From a bacterium (GTDB lineage: Bacteria > Patescibacteriota > Minisyncoccia > Moranbacterales > UBA2206): DNA of 64,000 bases. The position numbers were made by a program, and so were the translations under genes. The stretch covers positions 4,997 to 68,996 of the forward strand of contig JAJYDG010000001.1 of NCBI GenBank assembly GCA_021777675.1. Direction: 5' to 3'. How positions within the stretch are numbered: position 1 is the stretch's first letter; each line of letters opens with the position of its first letter. The notes beneath the pieces were generated by a model. That model worked only from the letters and a program-made list of their open reading frames with translations. It was not told the DNA's origin and did no database searches. This document shows positions 59,476 to 64,000 of this stretch, in pieces.

Positions 59476-59521
59476 GAAAGGGTGTTTTTTTGTTTTTCTA
59501 AAAATTTGTTATACTAAGATT

Positions 59522-59914
59522 ATGGCACCTAAACTTACACCAAAAAAACAAATGGGAAATTTGGGAGAACGTATTGCTATGAATTATTTAAAAAAGAAAG
59601 GTTATCAAATAATTGAAAGGAATTATGTTAATACCAGAGGAGTAAAATTGGGAGAAATTGATATTATTGCCAATGATAATAAAAAAAATGAATTAATTTT
59701 TGTCGAAGTAAAGACGCGGGAATTTAAAAAATACGGAAATACTTTACCAGAAGAAAATGTTAACTATCAAAAAATGCGTAAATTGGAACGAATTGCCTGT
59801 TTTTATTTACAGCAAAAGAAACTATTGAATCAAAATTATCGCTTTGATGTAGTTGCTATTTGGGTTAATTGGCAGACAAGGACTGCCAAAGTGAAGCATA
59901 TCAAGTCTATCTAG
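59522..59914 (+). CDS. yraN: YraN family (UPF0102) predicted endonuclease
   Basis: ORF track 59414-59914; likely start 59522 (MAPKLTPKKQMGNLGERIAMNYLKKKGYQIIERNY…GEIDIIA…LIFVEVKTR…). Confidence 0.75.
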   Translation: MAPKLTPKKQMGNLGERIAMNYLKKKGYQIIERNYVNTRGVKLGEIDIIANDNKKNELIFVEVKTREFKKYGNTLPEENVNYQKMRKLERIACFYLQQKKLLNQNYRFDVVAIWVNWQTRTAKVKHIKSI

Positions 59915-60015
59915 TTAGTATTGAAAAAAGATAGAATTAAAATAAGAAGCAGATGGACAGGAAGAGGCTTATTTGTTATACTGAAATAGTCAATATAATC
60001 TTTAAAATAATGCAT

Positions 60016-60363
60016 ATGGACAAAAAATTTTTAATTGAATTCAAATCGCTTTTATTAAATGAAAAGGCAGAGTTGGAAAAAAGTTTAGAACGGATTGCTA
60101 AGCCAATCAATAAAGAAAGGGGCGATTATGAAACTACTTTTGAAGAAATCGGTACGGATAGAGAGGATAATACAACAGAGGTTGAAGAGTATGCGGAAAA
60201 TCTTCCGGTAGAAATGGCATTGGAAAAAAAATTGCAAGATGTTATTTTAGCCCTGGATCGTGTAGAAAGTGGAACTTATGGATTTTGCGAAAATTGCCAA
60301 AAAGAAATTGAAATTGATCGCTTAAGAGCTAATCCTAGCGCTAAAACTTGTATTAAATGTTAG
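60016..60363 (+). CDS. DksA/TraR-family C4 zinc-finger protein
   Basis: coiled-coil N-terminus and C-terminal C..C-x17-C..C (…GFCENCQKEIEIDRLRANPSAKTCIKC); upstream of lspA as in several Gram-positive lineages. Confidence 0.65.
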   Translation: MDKKFLIEFKSLLLNEKAELEKSLERIAKPINKERGDYETTFEEIGTDREDNTTEVEEYAENLPVEMALEKKLQDVILALDRVESGTYGFCENCQKEIEIDRLRANPSAKTCIKC

Positions 60364-60773
60364 TTTTTTCGCAAGTAAAAAAATATAATCTTATCTTATG
60401 TTATTGTATTTTTTTGTTTAGTTTGATTTTTATTGATCAACTCAGCAAATACATTATTCGTTCACGAGAATTATTTTTTATTTGTAATTTTGGAATTTCT
60501 TTTGGCATTAAAGTTTCATTGGTTGTTTTTTATTTTTGTTGGTTTTTTGTTGTAAGCGGATTGATTTATTTGTTATTTAAGAAACGACAAATATATACAT
60601 ATGCCGTATTGTTAATATTAGCCGGAGCATTTTCTAATTTAATTGATCGATTTTATTTTGGTTGTGTGGTTGATTTTATTGATTTTAAATTTTGGCCAGT
60701 GTTTAATTTGGCCGACAGCTTCATTTTTTTAGGGGCGCTGATTTTGGCTGTCCAAATCAATCTTAAAAAATAA
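60357..60773 (+). CDS. lspA: lipoprotein signal peptidase (signal peptidase II)
   Basis: 4 TMs and conserved …NLIDRF…VVDFIDF…FNLADSFI… LspA motifs; start overlaps preceding stop. Confidence 0.75.
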   Translation: MLVFSQVKKYNLILCYCIFLFSLIFIDQLSKYIIRSRELFFICNFGISFGIKVSLVVFYFCWFFVVSGLIYLLFKKRQIYTYAVLLILAGAFSNLIDRFYFGCVVDFIDFKFWPVFNLADSFIFLGALILAVQINLKK

Positions 60774-60778
60774 AAAAT

Positions 60779-62305
60779 ATGTCATCAAAAGTTGTTTCTG
60801 CTGCCGTTATTGGATTAAAAAGCGAGCTGGTTGAAGTGGAGGTGGATACGATTTCTGCCGGAATGCATCATTTTACTATTGTTGGACTGCCAGATACTGC
60901 CATAAAAGAAGCTCAAGACAGGGTCGGATCGGCAGTAAAAAATAGTGGATACACTCCTCCGCATCGTTCCGGTCGCATTACGGTTAATTTGGCCCCAGCT
61001 GATTTACCAAAAGTCGGACCGCTTTATGATCTGCCTATTGCGCTTGGATTCCTTTTGGCAACCAATCAATTAAAATTTGATTATGCGAATAAATTATTTT
61101 TAGGCGAGCTTTCGCTGGATGGAAGAATTCGTCCAATCAAAGGGGTTTTGCCGATTGCTCTTTTAGCAAGAGAAAAAAATATCGATACGCTTTTCGTTCC
61201 AAAAGAAAACGCTTTGGAGGCTTCTGTTATTTCGGGGATAAAAATTATTGCCGTTTCCACGCTAAAAGAATTGGTTGATTATTTGGAAAATAGAATTGAG
61301 CTTGATTATGTTTTGCCGATTGATTTGAAAAAAATTTTTGAAAAAGAAAATAGTCCATTTGATATGAAATTTATAAAAGGTCAGGAGCACGCCAAACGAG
61401 CAATGGAGATTGCCGCTGCCGGTGGACATAATATTTTGCTCAGCGGACCTCCCGGATCGGGAAAAACATTATTGGCCAAAGCAATGCCATCGATATTGCC
61501 TCGTCTAAGCATAGAGGAGGCATTGGAAGTTACGAAAATATTTTCTGTTGCCGGTTATCTCACAAAGGATGCTGGAATTATTACTAAAAGACCGTTTCGC
61601 GCTCCGCATCATAGTGCCAGTGCGGCATCTCTAGTTGGTGGAGGCACAATCCCAAAGCCGGGAGAGATAAGCTTGGCGCATCGAGGAATTCTTTTTTTGG
61701 ATGAATTTTCTGAATTTTCTCGTGCAGTGCTTGAAAATTTAAGGCAACCATTGGAAAATGGACAAATTACTATTTCTCGAGCACGTGGAACATTAGAATT
61801 TCCGGCGAGATTTACACTCGTTGCCGCCATGAATCCCTGCCCATGTGGGAATGCAACTGATCCGGAAAAGGTTTGTTCTTGCAGCCCGGCTAGTATTATT
61901 CGATATCAGGCTAAAATTTCCGGACCAATTCTTGATCGCATAGATTTACATATTGAAGTTCCACGCTTAAAATTTGAAAAACTTTCAGAAGATGTTCAAC
62001 CGGAAGATTCTGAAATCATCAGGAATCGCGTAGAAAAAGCACGTCAAATTCAAGCAGAACGCTTTTTAAATCTGAATATTATTACTAATAGCGAGATGGA
62101 AAATGAACAAATAAAAGAACATTGTCAACTTGATGATGCCGGTTTAGATCTTATGAAAAGCGCTCTTTCCAAGTTTTATCTTAGTGCCCGTTCTTATTTT
62201 AGAATAATTAAGGTTGCCAGAACAATTGCTGATTTGGAACAATCTTCGCAGATTAAGTCCGCACATATCGCAGAAGCTATCCAATATCGCTTTAAAACAG
62301 AGTAA
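60779..62305 (+). CDS. comM: YifB/ComM family Mg-chelatase-like AAA+ ATPase
   Basis: N-terminal Lon-protease-like domain, Walker [17 protein letters not shown]-terminal ChlI-type domain. Confidence 0.85.
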   Translation: MSSKVVSAAVIGLKSELVEVEVDTISAGMHHFTIVGLPDTAIKEAQDRVGSAVKNSGYTPPHRSGRITVNLAPADLPKVGPLYDLPIALGFLLATNQLKFDYANKLFLGELSLDGRIRPIKGVLPIALLAREKNIDTLFVPKENALEASVISGIKIIAVSTLKELVDYLENRIELDYVLPIDLKKIFEKENSPFDMKFIKGQEHAKRAMEIAAAGGHNILLSGPPGSGKTLLAKAMPSILPRLSIEEALEVTKIFSVAGYLTKDAGIITKRPFRAPHHSASAASLVGGGTIPKPGEISLAHRGILFLDEFSEFSRAVLENLRQPLENGQITISRARGTLEFPARFTLVAAMNPCPCGNATDPEKVCSCSPASIIRYQAKISGPILDRIDLHIEVPRLKFEKLSEDVQPEDSEIIRNRVEKARQIQAERFLNLNIITNSEMENEQIKEHCQLDDAGLDLMKSALSKFYLSARSYFRIIKVARTIADLEQSSQIKSAHIAEAIQYRFKTE

Positions 62306-62321
62306 TTGCACTATTTCTGTT

Positions 62322-63293
62322 ATGCAAAAAAAAGGTTTTAAATTATTTTTGAGGTTTATTTTTTTTACATCTTTTTTGTTGTTGATCATTTTTTTAATCA
62401 AATCGAGATTGTATTTTTTATTTCCGTCGCGTGAACTTAATTTTGAAAATTCTTCCAATAAAATAATCACTCTTTCTGATAATGGACTGGAGTTTAGTTT
62501 AAGTACTGATGCAAAAACTGTGGATAACTTGTTGACGGAGCAAAAAATTAATCTTTCCGAACATGATATAGTTTTTCCCGAAAAAGAAAGTCCGCTTTTA
62601 TCGGGAAGTTTTGTTGAAATACGGCGTGCGGAAAAAATTACCATTTTTGTTGATGGAAAAAAAATTGAAAACTATACATTAGCGCATGACATTACTAATG
62701 TGCTTTCTGAAAATAATATTTTTCTTAATCCTTTAGATAAGGTTGATCCGGATAAGAATAGTTTGATTGAAAATAATTTAGAAATTAAAATTACTCGTAT
62801 TAATGTTGAAGAAAAAGTGGTTTCTGAAGATATTCCTTTTAAAACAACGGTTAAAATGGATGATGCGCTTGGTTGGCGCGAAAAAAAGGTTCAGCAAGCA
62901 GGAGTTAATGGAACTGTAAATGTAACATATAAAATAACTTATAAAAATGGGAAAGAAATTTCACGTGTTCCTGAAAAAAAAGAGATTGTTGAAAGTCCCG
63001 TAACAGAAATAGATGTTCAAGGAACATTTATTAAAACTGGCAAAGCCACTTCCGGTCAAGGTTCTTGGTATGCTTTTCAGGGCGGATTATTTGCTGCTAG
63101 CAGAGTTATTCCAAGGGGTAGCTATGCCCGCGTAACGAATACTGCCAATGGAAAATCAATTGTGGTTCAAATAAATGATTATGGTCCGCAAGGCAAAGGT
63201 CGCATTATTGATTTGGACAAGGTAGCTTTTCAAAAAATCGCATCGCTTGGCGATGGACTGATTGGCGTTAAAGTGGAAGAAGTGTTAAATTGA
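62322..63293 (+). CDS. cell-wall-associated protein with G5 domain and C-terminal RlpA-like double-psi beta-barrel (3D) domain
   Basis: ORF track 62214-63293; likely start 62322 (MQKKGFKLFLRFIFFTSFLLLIIFLI… signal/anchor); G5-like …VNVTYKITYKNGKEISRVPEKKEIVESPVTEIDVQGT…; C-terminal …GQGSWYAFQGGLFAASRVIPRGSYARVTNTANGKSIVVQINDYGPQGKGRIIDL…. Confidence 0.6.
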   Translation: MQKKGFKLFLRFIFFTSFLLLIIFLIKSRLYFLFPSRELNFENSSNKIITLSDNGLEFSLSTDAKTVDNLLTEQKINLSEHDIVFPEKESPLLSGSFVEIRRAEKITIFVDGKKIENYTLAHDITNVLSENNIFLNPLDKVDPDKNSLIENNLEIKITRINVEEKVVSEDIPFKTTVKMDDALGWREKKVQQAGVNGTVNVTYKITYKNGKEISRVPEKKEIVESPVTEIDVQGTFIKTGKATSGQGSWYAFQGGLFAASRVIPRGSYARVTNTANGKSIVVQINDYGPQGKGRIIDLDKVAFQKIASLGDGLIGVKVEEVLN

Positions 63294-63296
63294 TTT

Positions 63297-64000
63297 TATG
63301 CCAACAAAATTTGGTCAAAATTTTCTTAGAGATAAAACGGTTTTGGATAACATTGTCAAAGCCGCTAATTTAGGCGCGGACGATTTCATATTGGAAATTG
63401 GACCGGGCGAGGGAGTTTTAACAGAAAGATTAATAAAGCAGGCGAGAAAAGTGGTTGCTGTTGAGATTGATAGGGATTTGGCGGAAAAGTTACAAAAAAA
63501 ATTTAAAAATATTAAAAATAAAAACATTATAAATGCGGATATTTTGAAAATTAATTTGCCGGAAGTGTTGGTGCAAAATAATTTTCCAAATTCGGATTAT
63601 AAGATTGTCGCCAACATTCCTTACTATATCACTTCGCCGATTATCAGATTATTTCTGGAAACAGTTTATCCACCAAAGGAAATGCTTCTTATGGTGCAAA
63701 AAGAGGTGGCTGAGCGAATTTGCGCGAAAGCCGGAAATCTGAGTATTCTTGCTTTGTCGGTGCAATACTATGCCAATGCGGAGTTGCTTTTTTTAGTACC
63801 GAAAAAAGCTTTTTTTCCTGTTCCGGAAGTGGATAGCGCAGTGATTAGAATAACTTTAAAAACAAAACATGGAGAAAGAGAGTTTGTTAGAAAGTTTTTT
63901 AGAGTTGTCAAGGCCGGATTTTCAGCTAAAAGAAAAACGCTTGTAAACAATCTTTCAAGCAGTCTGCAATTGGAAAAAACTTTTGTGAAAGAAATTCTAA
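63297..64000 (+). CDS. rsmA: 16S rRNA (adenine1518-N6/adenine1519-N6)-dimethyltransferase RsmA/KsgA, 3' end beyond window
   Basis: MPTKFGQNFLRDKTVLDNIVKAANLGADDFILEIGPGEGVLTERL… SAM-binding motif; frame open to the window end. Confidence 0.85.

Noticed and set aside
1-64000. CRISPR arrays, cas genes, transposases, IS elements or prophage structural genes
   Set aside because: No regularly spaced direct repeats and no transposase-like, terminase-like or capsid-like ORFs were found. The only repeats are the three intragenic palindromes and a few hairpins.

Overview
The window is AT-rich (~33% GC) bacterial chromosomal DNA with dense, mostly short housekeeping genes. Lamin-tail-domain proteins, a dnaA-dnaN-DUF721 cassette and many small membrane proteins suggest a Candidate Phyla Radiation/Patescibacteria-like genome, though that placement is inference. 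It contains the probable replication origin: dnaA (13263-14675, minus) and dnaN, with perfect DnaA boxes in the AT-rich dnaA-dnaN spacer and upstream of dnaA. Recognisable core genes are ruvB (C-terminal fragment), yebC, ruvC, a class A PBP, ispG, rmuC, polA, mutM, folD, rarA, the CCA-adding enzyme, gyrA, rpsA, gmk, tilS, ftsH, xerC/D, pcrA, rpsO, pnp, yraN, lspA, comM and ksgA (3' truncated), plus four tRNAs (Ala-GGC, Arg-CCU, Val-GAC, Met-CAU). The most unusual content is: (1) a four-gene block at 4745-8764 encoding a 7TM membrane protein followed by three consecutive ATP-grasp amidoligases, the first fused to a C-terminal retropepsin-like DTGA aspartic protease domain, which looks like a peptide/protein-tagging system. 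(2) A ~2.2 kb ORF-poor block at 26150-28300 with markedly higher GC, a ~480 nt run of near-perfect hairpins bounded by outward-facing intrinsic terminators, an orphan GC-rich ORF and a second hairpin cluster, sitting between two unknown minus-strand genes and a TrmB-like regulator. (3) A perfect 16-24 bp palindrome (core GTTTCACGTGAAAC) present three times in different reading frames inside one O-antigen-ligase-like gene. (4) A NYN-domain gene wedged between rpsO and pnp. (5) A 670 bp non-coding spacer with a consensus promoter, a 22 bp perfect inverted repeat and terminator/antiterminator-like hairpins upstream of yraN. Coordinates for small RNA and regulatory features are hand-indexed and may be off by 1-2 nt.
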